Origin: Tricharina praecox
Lineage: Eukaryota
Assembly: GCF_024521635.1 (NCBI RefSeq)
Contig: NW_026250426.1
Coordinates: 558,001 to 622,000, forward strand
Direction of reading: 5' to 3'
Length of the DNA: 64,000 nt
The first letter of the stretch is position 1. Each line of letters starts with the position of its first letter. Below are positions 47,505-62,220 of this stretch, piece after piece. Made by a program: the position numbers and the translations under genes. The notes beneath the pieces were generated by a model. The model did not search any database, was not told the origin of the DNA, and was given only the letters and a program-made list of their open reading frames with translations.

Positions 47505-48678
47505 TCACACGTTCCCTCCACCGCCGATGCCGCCTCCACCACCACCACCGCCGCCGCCGGGAAGTCCCTTCCTCGCCACACCAGGCACACTCTTCCCTGC
47601 TACTCCCACTCGCGGCACTCCGGGCACAGTCTTGTCCGCCACGCTCCCCGCGCCCACAGCACTAGCTTTCAGCACCTTTTTCTTGATCTTCTTTGGACTA
47701 TCGCCGCTACCGCCGACGCCGGCAGGCACCGTTTTCTTCGGTAATCCAGCGATGCCCGCTGCGCCGCCCATCTTGGGTGGTCGCTGGACCTTCGGTTTCG
47801 GCGGGCGCTTTGGCAGGCTGGCGGGCGCTTTTTGTGGCGACATTGATGCGGCAAGGGGCTGTGGTGGGAGTGAGGAGTTGGTATTGAGTGGGCTCTCCGA
47901 GTTGGCGGGTGCTTTGTTGTATTTGTTGAATTTGGGTTTTGGAGTGCCTGTGATGTTGGTGGTGGGCGTCGACGGTGGGAGCGGTGAGCCGGCGACACCA
48001 ACGCCCGTGAGAAGCGTTTTTTGCTTCTTTTGCTTTAGTGGTGTGGTGCCCGGCTCGCCGAGCTCGTCTTTGCGCTTGCGTTTTTTCTGTGTTGGGTCTT
48101 TTGCTGGTGTTGGTAGTGTCGTAACGGCTGGTTGGGAAAGGGAGGGAATAGGTGTTCCTTCCTTCACATCGCCGGTAGCGGCAGCAGCAGCGGCGGCGGT
48201 GGCAGCAGCAGCAGCCTTCTTTTTCTTCTTGGGTGTGGTAGCTGCGGTTCCCGCTGGTGCAGCAAGCGCTGGCAGGTTCGATTTTGGCATCGGAGGCGGT
48301 AGGGGCTGTGCGGCGACATCGACCATCATTCCGGATGGATCTTCAGGGGCAGGAGTGGCGGCCTTTCCGATCGCCAGCTTTTCCGGACTAGGCTTCCGAC
48401 TTGCCCCCTTAGCGGCATCTGTAGGCTGCAGCATAGGACTGCCGCCGTTGGATCCCGAGCCGCTATTATTCATCTTCGCCATAGCCGCACGCGAGCTCTT
48501 CCTTCCGCTGAGTCCCAGACACTTCTCGAGGTGCGCGGCATATCTCAGACTCGCAACCTTCTCAGTGTCGCAGTTGGTGCACTTGAAGTAGACGATACCC
48601 GAGTTCTTCGCCGCCTTGCCCGTAATAGCCGGTGTATCCTCCGCCGGGGAATCAGCATTACTCGCCGTCTCCGCTTCC

Positions 48679-48736
<58 letters not shown>

Positions 48737-49232
48737 TTTTCCCCTTCTTCCCTCCGGCAACCGTCGGATTCGGAAACGGATTCCCGTAGATATCATGGCC
48801 GCGAGTATTCTGCCAGGGGAGCTTGGCGCAGAACTTTTTCTTCTCGCCGTTTTCGAGCGTGATGGTGCCCTTCTGCAGCGTCTCGGCGGTGTGGCGCGGC
48901 AGGTGGCACCGTGTGCAGATCATCTCGGCGGGCACCGTGGCAAGCGGGTTTCCCGGCGGCATGCGAGGGACGGTGGGGTCTTCGGGGAGCGGCAGGCCCG
49001 CGGCTGTAGCCGCTAGGTGCGCCGCGTGCTGTTGTTGTTGCGTTCGTAGGAGCTTCTCGGCGCGGTGGGATTGTAGTACTAGGTCGTGGGTTAGGTTTGA
49101 TAGTAGGTCCGAGAAGATCGCGAGTGACTGCAGTTCGAGTTAGGAGTGTCCGGGGAAGCTGGGACGAAGGGGGAATGGTACCAGGGCGGCCAATGAGCCG
49201 GGCGCTGGCTCTTGTGCGGGAGGCGACGACAT
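47505..49232 (-). CDS. SGF11: SAGA deubiquitination-module subunit Sgf11 (~557 aa; exons 49232-49182 and 49127-47505)
   Basis: N-terminal helix IFSDLLSNLTHDLVLQSHRAEK and the Sgf11 zinc finger FKCTNCDTEKVASLRYAAHLEKCLGLSGRKSSR. Intron 49181-49128 is GTACCA...CTAAC...GCAG. Confidence 0.85.
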
Positions 49233-50635
49233 GGTCGAGTTGTGGCCGTGGTGAGTTGTCGTCGTCGGGGTCGGAACAGGGTGTCGCGTTCCCGTTCAGT
49301 AGGCGCAGCCGCCAGCGCGGAGGTGAAAGTCGCCTTTCGGACGCCGTCGTGAAGTGGTAAGGATTGAGCTACAGCGGGCGGCGTCGGGGGGTTAATTTTC
49401 CGCGTGTGCGAAAGAGGGGTTGGTGGTGGTTGTGGTGGTGGTGGGTGGCCCGACTTGTTTGGCGGATATTGGGGTTGGTGAGTTGTTCACGAGCGAGTGT
49501 CGAGATGAGAAAGAAGATGCGTTCGAGCTTTGGTGTCCCTTTTGGCGAGCTCTCATGACAGGGGTGGGATTAGTGTCGAACGTGACCGTGACCGGGAATC
49601 GGGCAGAGCCGCAGGGCCTTTTTCACATGCGATATCACTCGCCGGATAACTGGCCCGGCGAACTGCCCAGAGTGAATTGACGCCCAATCATAGGCAGCAA
49701 CGCAGCAACGAACCTACAGCGACAGGGCTGGCAGGAAAGAATGGGGCAAAAAGTCGCCAGTCAAGACAGGTCGTACTGCCAGGTATGCGACAATAAATTT
49801 CCCTTCTCTCTCACGACGCGCAACGACTTCGACATTTATTTCAAAAACATGTTTAATTTTGTAACCTCCCGTTCCCTCTCGTTCCCTCGTGCTCCCACAT
49901 CCCACATCCCACATCCCCATCGTCAATTTTCCCGTTCCTATACACTTCATCCATCCATCCATCCATCCATCCATCCATCCAATTACACTCGCTCAAAAGC
50001 CGTAAGGAAACGAAACGCAAGGACTCAAAATATTCTACAACTAGCAGTAATAGTAGTAACTACAAGCACAAAGATCGAACAGACAGGAAGCGAGAAAAAA
50101 AAAAGGAAAGAAAGCAAGAAGAAGAAAAGAAGAAAAAAAAGTGGTGCACGGAGAGAAGCGAAGTGAGTCAATTCCGAGCCGTCATCGTGATCAATAATTG
50201 AAACCCCACTTGTAGAAGAACGAAGGCACGAAGCAATAGAGGGAGAAAAAAAAGATATAGGAAGGAAAGCAATATCCCCGTCCAAAGACGTGACTGTTTT
50301 GAAACAAAAACCAACCCCATATAAAAAAAGAAGTAAAAAAGAAGAAAACCCCACCAAAAAAAACGCCGGTTCGCTGAAACAATGGAGAGTGAAAAAAGAA
50401 AAAGAAAAAAGGGAGTTCGATGACAGCCATATGCAAAGCAAAAAACCCCACACCCACACCCCGAGCCACCGCTGCCACCACTTTAACATCATCTCTAATC
50501 GTTTGTCCAGAAGCTCTTCCTTTCTATTATGCACATACAACAACCTAGTCCATTCTACCTGATCCCACAACCGTCCCTTCGTCCACCGCCTCATCCCGTT
50601 CCGTCAAGCCCGTTTTCGTTTGTACATCGCGAGTG

Positions 50636-53600
50636 TTATCGCGGCACTTCAAGGGCCACCGAGGTTCTTCTCGGCACCGAAGCGCAACTTTCCATCCGGG
50701 CCAACATGGCAGCTGAGGTAAAATCGTTTGTCGCTTCGAAACTGGCCCGCGGGCGACCGTCCATCGAAGAACGTAATCGATCGAAACTTGGTCTGGCTCT
50801 ATCCATGCTCGGTCGGTGTCTCTCGAGTGAGAACCGGCGCGGTGTGAACGTGCCTTCTCCACCGGGGAAGCCTGAACCATCGGAACCATTACTACCGTTT
50901 CCGCTGCCTCGCTTGCCCGCAGTGGTTGCGGTGGGCGCGACACTGGGGGGATAGATTGGTCGCAGCTCGTCATCTTGTTCGAACGTATGGGCGGGTGGTT
51001 TGACGATTTCGGAACTGACCGAGGAGGCGACCAACGATGGTTCGGTTGGTTTGTTGTACAGGTAGTCGAATTTGCCGTCTCGGACTTGCTCGCGGATAAC
51101 GTCGATGTCGCGAGGGAAAAATAGCTTCTGCACAATCTTGGAGGCCATGCGTGGCAACAGACAAATGATGACAGTGATAACCGTTGTGGCCCAGAACGTC
51201 AAGGCTCCAAGAACCTGTTCGGCTGCCGAATAGAACGATCCGACCGACTTAAACTGCGAGTAAATGCCAGTCCACAAGAAAACGAGAAGAGTACTGATAG
51301 AGATGACCAAGACGAAGAGCCAGTCCCATCGGTATTGGTTGATGAGAACATATGAGTTGACCACAACGATGGCAGCGCAGGCAACAAAGACACCCATCTG
51401 TTCTCTACCACCCAGGTCTTGGCCGGTGGGACCAGCAAATGAACCCGTGTGGAAGACCAGGTATGCCATAAAGAAGCAAATGACCGATTGGTAGATGCCG
51501 TCGACCATGTAGATCCAGAACTTGAGTTGCGTCCATTCGAGGCGAAGAATACCGCGGCGATACAGTTGCGGTACGGCTAGTGAGACCTTGTCATCCACAT
51601 CCTGATCGAGGATACCCATAAGGATAACTGGGACCGAGGTGAACGCAAGATTGTACAGCAGAATGTAAGTGTACTCGAAGAGGTAGGATCCATCGAAACT
51701 GTTGAAGAGCTGATACCAGAAAAGTGCAAACGTCCAAACGATGTTCTGTGTAACACTGTCAGCGGAAGGTCACGGAACGCACTGGGAGGACAGCAATCGT
51801 ACCTTGTAGAAGAAGTTGGCAGTCATCTCGGCAAGTCGGCGGTAAGACCATCGTCCGTGAACCAGTACAAGTCTGCTGAGGAAGCGGAACTGTCCGATCG
51901 CATAATCCGAGCACATGACAGCCTGTCTGCCCTCTTCACCGGCAATACCAACGCCGACATCCGCCTCTTGGATCATAGCAACGTCATTCGCACCATCGCC
52001 AATCGACAAGGTCATAACATCCAATCCCTTCTTGACCATCTGACAGACAGCCGCCTTCTGACTGGGACTGACACGACAACACAGCACCGCCTTGCATTGT
52101 TTGCAAAGCAAGAGGAATTTCATCTTCAGTTCTTCCTCAAGCACAAGCTTAAGTGCGTCACCGTCGATAACCAGAGCATGAGTTGGCGGGGGTGGGTTGT
52201 GGTCTTTCTTGGCAGCCTCCAGCTCTTCCGGCGAACCCGTCATATCGAAATAGTCATGCAGATATTTATCCAGTAGTGCTGCAGCGGTTTCGGGTTTGTC
52301 TTCGTCGACTTTGAACATGATCAAATCCATTCCGTTGTCCAACAGGTTGCAGGAGAATCCAATGTTGATGGCAGTTTCGACCTTGTCACCGGTAAGAACC
52401 CACAGCTTGATACCAGCTTCGGCCAAAAGGGCAATCGTGTCGGGAACACCGTCTTGCAGACGATCCTCAATAGCAGTTCCACCGAGCAGAGTAAGTTCCC
52501 TTTCAATGGAATCCGAGACCTCCTCCAGCTTCTCTTCTCTGTTGTGAATAGCAGAGGCGGCGATGTCGTGTTCCCTGCTCCAAGTTTTGTACTCCTCCTC
52601 GGTCAATTCCCTCTGGGCAATGCACAGTGTGCGCAATCCTTCGCGGGCAAAGACTTCGAGATGGTCGGCGGTTTGACGTCGTAGTTCCTGTTGCTGACCT
52701 TTCCGTAGTCTGGAGTAGATGATGCTGTCGGCACCCTTACAGAAGATGAAGATTTTCCCAGTTTCAGGCATACGTACGATGGCGCTCATCCTTTTCCGTG
52801 CGGAGTTGAATTCCAAAGTGCTGAGAACCTCAAAGTACTTCTCGACACCCTGGACGTTGACGGTGACTCCATGGGTTGACTTGTCTACCAGACTGTAACC
52901 GCAGTCTCGGGCTGTAGCCACTAGTGCAGCCTCATCAGGTGATTGAGCTTTGAAATCGACGGTTGGCGGATCCTCGGAGATACGGTCGGGCAATACGGTG
53001 TGACACAGAGCCAGGACAAGCATGAAATGCGCGTTTGCCTTGGCCTGATCCTCGCCCGAGCTTCCCCGCAAATCGGCAACATAATCCGAAGAAACAAAGG
53101 TGATCTTGTCCTCGTTCAGGTAAGGGTTGTGACTGATCTGCTTCAGATTCTTAATCATCTCCAGTCGGTCCGCCGAGATTTGGGCGCGCATCCTCGCACC
53201 CTCCTCCTCCACGTTGATACCCTGGCGTTTCTGCATACCTGCTTGCGCTTCCGTGTATGCTTCTCCGTAGGGAACCCCGTTGACGGTACATTTCTTGAAC
53301 TCCATGACGTTCTGTGTCAAAGTACCGGTCTTATCGGAAAAGATGTACTCGATTTGGCCAAGGTCGTCGGAAATGTTCCAGGATTTCGGTGTGCACGGAT
53401 AGTCGAGTTTATCGTAATACATGTTCACATCGCTGTATATGAAGAATGCCTGCGCCAGCTTGATGATCTCAATACTGATGTACAACGAGATGGGTACCAA
53501 GTTTTGGAAGAGAATGACCGCAGTCCAGAAGGTAACGATACCGTCAACCGGAGGTGAACCGCCGATGGAGCCGAATTCGAAGTAATTGAGCGATTCGTTT

Positions 53601-55297
53601 CCCTTCGCCCACGTGACTCCTTGTACGATACCGGACAGAACACACATAATGAGCAGGATTCCGAAATTCAAGATGACCTATGTAACCCTTTAGCGCGGGT
53701 CCCAATGCAAGGGGAAACATTCCAGCGCAACTTACGTTCCAATTGAGTTCTCTGGAAATACGACTACGCTTGGAAGGTGTAATTCCCGCGTTCATCATAA
53801 TCTTAGTTTCGTCACCTGTGAATGCCACGATTCCAATCGCCCAGTCGGTATTCCGGAGTGTGCAACCACGGAGAAGCAGGTTGTTGATGGAAACTGCCTC
53901 CGCCATTTCCACCTCGGGTTTTGAGGGATCGAGGGGATCCCTCTGGTTCCATTTGACCACTCCACTGTACGAGTAGAGATTCGCATGTGGGTCCTCGCTC
54001 TCGAGCACAAAGGCGGCAGCCTCACAGTCGCGGGCATGACGAACCTTCCTACCGGCACGAAGAGCGTGCCGAACCTTCAAGTTTGTCTCTCCATCGAGGT
54101 TCTTAGTCTCCACATAGCAAGCACCGTCGCTGTCGGAAGTGGAGAGAATGATGAAGTCGGCGGGAATCTCCTCATCGTTGTAGATACGAACAAAATCTCC
54201 CACGCGGACGTCTTTCCAGTATCCAACCTTAAACCGCGCAGTTTCCGCGGTCTCGCGATGAGGATCCACCAGGTTACCAAAGTCCCGTCCGCCGGGCTTC
54301 GTGTGTCGATCGGGGGCCGCATTCGGTGAAGGTACTGCCAGGTGCGTTGGTCTCGGGAGTGCCGAGTCGACCATGCCATTGTCCGATGGAGTAAATGAGA
54401 ACCTTTGCTTGTCGGGTGTCGGCGAGGACACAGGTGTCATCTGAATGGATTCCGAAGCAACCGTATACACGGAAGCCCTGGTCTGCGTCCTTTGCAGGGT
54501 CATCAACTCGGGGTTCGATTTCGCCTTCTTCTTCAGCTTCTGATGCTTGTACTTGCGAACGAGAAATTGTAGTCCCCGCGAAGTCGCCTTCTTGATCTGT
54601 CGCCAGTACGAGATGTTCTCGTCCGTAACGTTCGGGTTGTGCCAGTCGACCAGGAGGTGTACAGGGGTATTGTTGAGCTCATTGTCCAGGACCGTTCGCC
54701 GGTAGTCTTCGATCGCGTCCTTGATCGCGGTGATCAAAAGAATGACAATCAATGGTAGGGATCCGATCTCGGGGTTCGAAGCACCAAAGATGGGGAAAAT
54801 CTGCATTTCAACGGTCGTCAGTTCGCGGCCCCGATAATCGACACAGGGGGAGAGAGGGGGTGTAGAGTAAACCGTACCGCCAGGATGGTGACGAAAAGGA
54901 AGTAGATATTTGCGATGTTGTGAAACTGAAGCCATAAGTTCTTCGGCACGAATATTAAGGGCGTGTATTTTGCTGTGCGAATCTTGTTCCTTGAGAACTG
55001 CTGTAGAGGGGCTCCATCTTCGTCGAGCAGGTCGGCAGGAAGGGGAAGGTTGACGAAGATGCGCCGTTGGGTGAGATCGTCCTCGCTTCCCGCCATAGAT
55101 GCCTCCTCTTCGCCATCTCTCATCTGACCGCCAAAGTTTCCCCCCGTGTTCTCCAGATCGGCCTCCTGTTGCTTTTCTGGAGCTCGCCGCATTGACAGTG
55201 CTCTCATGATCGTGTCTCGTTTCCGTGGTCCCTCGGCGCCGGGGTGTCTTTGGGTGGCCCACCGTAGCCTCTTCGTGGCGGGAGGCTTCCCCGACAT
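50636..55297 (-). CDS. DNF1: P4-type ATPase phospholipid flippase, Dnf1/Dnf2 (DnfA) type (~1489 aa; exons 55297-54878, 54800-53736, 53677-51803, 51745-50636)
   Basis: Motifs NKIRTAKYTP, NLDGETNLK, VPISLY, FSDKTGTLTQN, LTGDKVETA and GDGANDVAM, plus C-terminal transmembrane segments and FFPRDIDVIREQ. Introns of 77, 58 and 57 nt keep the frame. Confidence 0.95.
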
Positions 55298-58200
55298 GAT
55301 GAGGGGGGGGGAAGGTTTTTTATTATTTAAACTCCAGTCTATCTATGGCAAATGTTGAGGTAAATTAAGTGGTGCGAAAGTCTCGTCGTCGTCGTGGAAC
55401 GGAAGGGTGCGGTAGCGTGCGACCCGACGTGGTGGTGACCAAAAACCCGAAGAACGAATGAATGAACGAAGGGATGAACAAGATGGACAGCGGCAGCGGC
55501 GCGGTGGAGGTGGTGGATGGAGGGTGTGTGTGGAGGTGGTGGTGGTGGAGGTGGTAGGATGTAGAGGTGGGTTGGTGGTTTGGAACTGGAGGCAGGGCCG
55601 GAAAGGACTCGACCCGTGTTCGTTTGTTTTGTGGTTGCTTTCCTTTCGCACTCCACTCCTCTCCTCTCCTGCTTTACTCTCGTCTCCTCTCCTCTGGTGC
55701 GTCCGGCGCTGGCTGCAAGGGGGTGTAACAATACCTACAGGTTCTCACAGCTGTGTCGGCAATTGGATGGAGCTGCGGCGGTAGGCGAGAGAAGAAGAGG
55801 GCGTCGTGATATTATTGCGTGTTTGTGAGGTATTGGTATGTTGAAGTTTCCTCGATTCCAGGCGAAAGGAAGCGAGCGTGAGTCGAAAGGGACCGTGACG
55901 GAGCAAGGTGTAAGTGCTCTTTCTTAGCACGGGGGTGTTGAATGGGGGGGAGGACGATATTGGGTTGGTTTGGGAGGGTGAGGGGGGTAGTTAGGTCGAT
56001 GCTTTTTTCGAGCGAGAGCAGCAGGAGGGCGCAATGACGATCAAGGACGGGGGCAACTGAGCAGAAAAGGGTGGCAGTGAGGCGATCGGGAAGGGGAGGG
56101 GGAGGTGGATTCGACTAGAGGGAGCTGGGGTGGGGGGGTAGGGGAGGCAGTGAGAGGGGGGCTTTGGGTAGGGGGCAATGCTAGAGATGAGGACACAGAA
56201 ACGAGCGACGAATTAATATCGCGAACTCGAAGGGCATGCACTGTCGCTGAGCACGATGGCGTACGAGTGGAAGAAAGTACGGGCTTGGTATGGGTAAGGT
56301 ATGGAAGAAGGTATCAAGCCGTGCTTTGTACCCAGGCCCCAAGTCACGAACAAAGTGCTTTCGCTCTAGGCACGGAGGCGGAACGGAAGGCAGAGAAAGA
56401 AAAGACGGAAGCCAGAGAGGAAAGACGGAAGGAGAGCGCCCTTCTTTCGATCGTGTCGCGGCTTTCACGGGCGAGGCGATGCAGAAGGAGGCGTCTTCGA
56501 CGTTCTCCAGATTCGAAATGGGGGCTGCTAGTAGGGGTTGTGGAGACGGGTAGAAGCACTTTACGAGCACCTCCGTGCAGGCTGCAGTTCCTGACGAGAC
56601 GGACTACTCGGATTCCGGCGCAGTTAACTCGATTTATTCTAACAGTCGGCACGCGGCGGCCTTCGAGAAGAGCAGAATCAGGCTACGGTGGGTAAGCAGG
56701 CAGGGCACTCGCGAGTCCAACAGAGATGAGGCCAGCTGAGCGCCACAGCCATGTCAGCCACCCATCAACCCCCATCAGCTACACAAGAGCTTGAAATCTA
56801 TCTCCCGTTTTGTCCTCTTCGATTCGGTTGTCTCGTCAAGTTTTTCGTTGCGACGAAAACTATTGGCAGCGGTGTAGGTTTGTGACCGGTGATTTAGCGT
56901 TAACCACATCTCTCGGGATGATTTAACAGCCCGACTGCGGCACGAGCCACAGAACCACGCCAGTTGTGGCGTACAACAATTCCCACACTCCATCCCACCG
57001 GAAGAAAACCCCAACTCAAAGCCAAATCAACAAACAAACGCTATGTAGAGTGGTATATATACCAGCCAAGACGCCTTGACATGAGTTGCCGCAGGCTATA
57101 TATCGACACGGCCCCGCGCCGGGAACTGGGCAGTGGGATTTGCCGCCATCGATGACACTGGTAAGGAGATCCGTCGCACGACTGCGCAGATATACAGAGC
57201 GGCTGGAACTCCGTCGCCCCGTCGACCCATCAGCCCGTGGACCCGCGGAGCTATCAAACCCCCTTCACCTAAGCACAATTGCGTGCTCATTCTTCATCAT
57301 ACACAGCGGTTGTGTATAGGTAGGTAAAGAGTCGCAATCGGTCGGTACATATCGAAGCCGATGGCAAGCTCAGGCAAACAAAACTCCGCCGAATCGCACG
57401 CCGGCCAAGATCACAACATCGATGAAGAGGAACCGATGGCGAATCAAGTCCGGTATGCCTGCGACCGATCAGTACGATCGCCGGAGAGAAGTTGCACTCC
57501 CTTACCCAACCAACAGAGAAATACACGACGGAGCGACTCACCGCATTGTTCCGGATATGTATGCTATGTCATGCTAATGGGGAAAACGACACTCGGGGTA
57601 AGGACGTACTGCTGAGGGCTGAGAAGCTGAGGTTTTTGTGGCGTGTGTCGTGTGTCGTGTGTCGTATTGAAAATGGAACCCAATGCACGGGGTAGGTATT
57701 TGACGCCCGCCGGGCACCAGAGGTCCAGCTGGACGGAACAAGTGAACGGACGGGCAGATCCGCACACCAAAACACTGGGTTGTGAGTCGGTCCAGAAACC
57801 CACCTTCCCAGTCACGAAGATCCTCCAAGTGCTGTTGTCACCGAGAGTTGCGATCTTACTCCACACCACCACCACCACCACCACCACCACAAGCGATGTT
57901 TCTATCAATGGCAAAGCATGGAGGCTCAGCTTCTGAAGACCGCGGAAGGGGTGGGGTCTGGTACATACGGCGCGCATCAGTTACTCTAAACCTGGACCGT
58001 CCGCGCAGGCGCCATACAGCTCCTAATGGTCCTAAGTTCTAACGGGTCCCAGCTAGGTATGCACCAGTAATCCTGCGGACAACTCCATAATCACCAGCCA
58101 CAAATCTATATATCCGCAGGATTATCGCATCGGCTACTAGTACCAGTACAAACAGTAGAGTACAAAGACAGACTGCCACCCGGATTCCGGCACAGTCGAG

Positions 58201-59184
58201 TCTCTTCGCTTTATTTTACCGTCGGGCGTTGGCGGGGTGGGGGTGGGGGGCAGCCGGCAGCGGCGGACATTGGGAAGAGAAGAAACGAATCCCCAGTTGA
58301 CGTCCAGCGCGCACCAGCAACAGCACCAGCACCTCCGGTGCATCCGTCGCACGCCGCTCGCAGCTGCAGAAAGAAAAAAAGTCTTACCGACATCATACGG
58401 TAGCTTTGCTGAGCAATCGCCACGCGCGCTTATTCATCCCCGTCATCGACCTCTCGATTCGATTCTCGAAAAGCCGACGAGCTTGCGGAGTTGGCCACAA
58501 AGTCCGATTCCCCCGTAAGGGTGCCGTCGCTAGAGTAAGGGTGCCGTAGTTAAGGGTGGGTGGGTGGTGTCAGTTTTCACTTCACTTCAGCCATCCGCAA
58601 TGCGCATCCTGTGTCATCCAATTAGGTAGCAGCAGCAATACCTACTGGGTGCATGAGGCAACACGGATCTAGAGTATGATGTACGTCTATTCCTAAATCT
58701 TACCTTGTTTCCATACCGTATAACAGTGCGCACGTGGGCTGCTGGCTCCTATGTATGCATACGTGAGTGAGGCTGTGTTTTTGTGTATAGACTCTACATG
58801 GTCGCTGTCGTCTTCTGGGACGTCCTTGAAACCCGAGTGCCATCCATCATGTATGTACCCCAGAGGTATCCGTAGCTGCTCGTACTCTAGGTACGTACAT
58901 GAGTGGAGTGCCGTAGAGACAAACCTTCAAACGCATGCAGCCCACCCACCACTTCACTCGGGATCGTGAAGAGTTCTTTCTTTTTCCCTCCTCCCGTCGG
59001 AGGTTACGCGGAGATCTGTCGGCGGTAACAAAGCACCTACCTACCTAACCCGAGTATGTAGAGTAGGTACCTACAACTGTAGCAAAGTACCATGCAGTCC
59101 CCTGAACATGAACCAGAATGCACCACAGTATTGTACATAATACTCATCATGTAGAGTACTTAGGCAAGGTATGCAGGAGGGTGT

Positions 59185-60754
59185 GGAACCAACACAGAAA
59201 GGCAAAACGACAACGGAAATAACAGAAAATAAAGGTATTCGGCCGCCCAGCCGTCGCTGTCTGTTGTCGATACTTTAATGATGTGTATGTGTGGTGCATC
59301 GTGCGGCTGATGCGATGCGCATTGCGATGCACTCCGCACCTATTTCTGTCTCAGCCTGCCAGCCAGCGCCCAGCGGCCTGCGGCCCAGCCACGACGACGA
59401 GTCGACGACACTGGACAGGCTACATACTCGTACAGCGGGCCCATCTTTGGCCCGGCTCACCGTTCACGAGCTGTTTTCGGCGCGTCAAAAGTCGACAACT
59501 CCTCCTACATGTGTATAGTAGAGTACCAGTACACACACATACCGGTACATACGCCGCACTAATTGCCGGGATGGGCGGCAGCTTACAAGTTACCAGTTGA
59601 CCACTGACGGGCACCCAGAGCCAGAGCCAGAGGTCCATGGTTCTTCGATCTGTAGCGTTCTCCCTTGCCTTTGCCTTTGCCTTGCCATGCGTTGACGGAA
59701 GGGAAGGGAAGAGGGGGGCAGCGAACCAGCGAATGGGAGCTAGGTGCTCTAGAGTACCAACACCCCATGTCGAAGCAACCACCCAGCTTAGAGCTACGCT
59801 AGACTGCCCCCCCCGCACACATAGGGAGAACTTCGAAGGGCAGCGAGACGAGACCTGCAGCAGCGCAGCTCCGTCCACTCGACTCGACTCATAGTTGACT
59901 GTTGACCCGGGCGGTCTCGCTGCCGTCGCCGCAACCGTCGCCGACCGGCCGCTGTCCGCATTCCTTTGCACTCTGCAATGGAGAAGCTCGTATCCCTACC
60001 CCCCGTTCGGCCCAGAATCCACCCGTCCCGTTCACCGTATGATAAACTCATGCTTCCGCGACGCAGGAAACCCTCTTTCTTTCTTTGCCACATAATTCTT
60101 ACCTGGATGGATACTAGTACGGTAGGTAGACCACAACAATCGTCGCAATCCACCTCAAAGTCACGTCCGTGCATTCACAATCCCCCCCCGTCCCCCCCTC
60201 GCGATACCTCCGGTCGGTGATTACGTTGTGTGCTGGTGCTGCCTGCCCTAGGCCACGCAGATTTAGCCGACTGACCGACTGCCCGGCCGGCACCGGCGCT
60301 GATCGGATCCCGCTCATCCGTATATATCTACTCGAGTAGAGGACCTACCTACGGTGCTTCGTGGTGAGGGTGAGGGAGGAGGGAGGAGCACGTACCCTCT
60401 CGAGTGACTCGGGAGGGAGAGGGGGAGAGGGGGAGACGGAAGCTATAGTACTAGTAGAGTGAGAAGTAGGCACATAATAGAGTAGAGCAGAGCAAGAGGC
60501 GTGGAGGAGAGCCGCCTGGCCTGGCCTGCCTAATAACTATGGCACGCCCGGGAGTACGTACACTTGATTTCGCTTGATGTTTCTCCCCTGCCGCTGAAAG
60601 CCTGAAACAACGCGGACCGGAACGCGAATCCCCCCTCCCCCCTTGGATTGGGGATACCCATATACCGTATGTCGGGGTTTGGGGGTTTGGGAAGGGGGGC
60701 TTCGCAGAGATGGGCGAATCATTCCGCCGTGAAGGGTGGGTAGATTAGCGAGTG
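59185..60754. repeat. Diverged non-coding tandem duplication, copy 1
   Basis: Colinear blocks shared with 62221-63526 at an offset of ~2.7-3.0 kb, e.g. 60153-60173 = 63031-63051 (21/21), 60550-60565 = 63267-63282 (16/16), 60742-60754 = 63514-63526 (13/13). Confidence 0.8.
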
Positions 60755-62220
60755 CACTGCACTGCGGCCGCAACCGCAACTGCAACACCGCCAGATGTAT
60801 GCATATTTGGTACCTATACCGGTAGGTAGCGGGGTTGAGTGGGATCTCGAGCAGCTGTCTCCGCTCCGTCCGGAACGGACGCTCTTGTGATAAGCTTCTT
60901 TTTCCTTCTTCACTTCTTCAATCGCGTATACTTACTTTCTAGCCGGTAGGTCGTGCTAAGTTCGTACATGTATTCTTAGGTCAGGGACAGCAGGAATTGA
61001 TTAGGTTTGTATGAGGTATGAGGTATGTACGAATCACGATGTCTCCGCTGCGCCCTGCTCGTACCACGGATCGTCACGGTTGGATCGTGAGCTCCCGCTC
61101 CCGCAACGTCTCTTGGTCGATTGTGGCTGTGAAGTATCTCGAAACGTCTCTATTGTCCGTTCCATGCGCTGATCTACCTATAGTACACATGTAGGTACTC
61201 CCATCGGAACAATCGCTGCCCGAGGCGTCTCATGAACCGTCTCCGGTGATACATATAGTAGGTACCTACATGGCCAGCACATTCGGCTTCGGAATCACCA
61301 GAGGTCCAGCTTCGGAAACCGCGCGGCAACTGGATCGATACCACTACCTACACAGCCACTCGTTCATGACTACGGAGACGGAAACGTTGTCGTCAACGTC
61401 CTGCCGCCGGCTCGGTCTGGAGTTGCATCGATAGGTACCTGGTGTGCACAGTTGGCAATCCTTATCCTTATCCTTATCCTTAGATACCTCGTTCATCTCT
61501 GCTCGGAGCACTGAAGTCTGAAGCGCTACATAAGCGCGGTGGCGTCATTCATTATTAGGAATCATAAGTCGATCGCGAGTGATCGTACATAGACCACTGA
61601 GTGGAGACTTCGCTGCTCATGCTTCATGGAAAAGGATGGCTCGGCAAGGCTTCCTTACATCAACTCACACAGAAGCTTAGATTCATCCCGCAGAGATATG
61701 TATATACATGGGCGATTACCTACTGCTACCGGCGTGATTTGTGGTGATGGGAGCTCAAGGAACGCTCTAGTACGCACATCATAACTGTTGTTGTCATATG
61801 GTGTCGGATATTCCCCGTTCATTGACCCCACTCCTGTTCTACATAGCCAGCAAGTTTCCCTCCGATCGACTCGAGTAAAAGCTTGACTTCATCTCTAGAT
61901 ACAACTTACAAGCCACTACAGCTGCGGGTATGTACAATCCATGCCTTCGGAAGTTCGGAGCCTCGAAAAGAACGAGTTGAGAGCCCACCGCGGTGTTCCG
62001 GGTGCTCTGGATCCTGTTACGTAAGGATTTGTAAGTTGTAGGCAAACGGAACTCTTCCCTCGAACTGCCACTGGCTTCATATCCTGCTTCGACTCTTCGA
62101 GGTCTACCTCTCCTATGGTTGTGACTCTCACATCTCTCGCTTTCTCTCTCTCCTCGTATGAATCATGATGTTTCCTCTGGTGCTAATGTCAAGTTCCCAC
62201 CGTCCACGAGGGCTGCATGG

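Noticed and set aside
43690..48591. Long antisense ORFs (43690-45009 minus, 47458-48591 plus) and others opposite the flippase
   Set aside because: Shadow ORFs caused by GC-rich codon bias of the real genes on the opposite strand.
57318..57340. Possible third copy of the 59-63 kb duplication (GGTAGGTA...GTCGCAATC at a similar period)
   Set aside because: Only one 9-bp block matches; the other conserved blocks are absent at the expected offsets.
61500..62200. Short minus-strand ORFs between the duplicated copies, checked for small pheromone-like peptides
   Set aside because: No CAAX-terminated or Kex2-repeat precursor and no recognisable domain.
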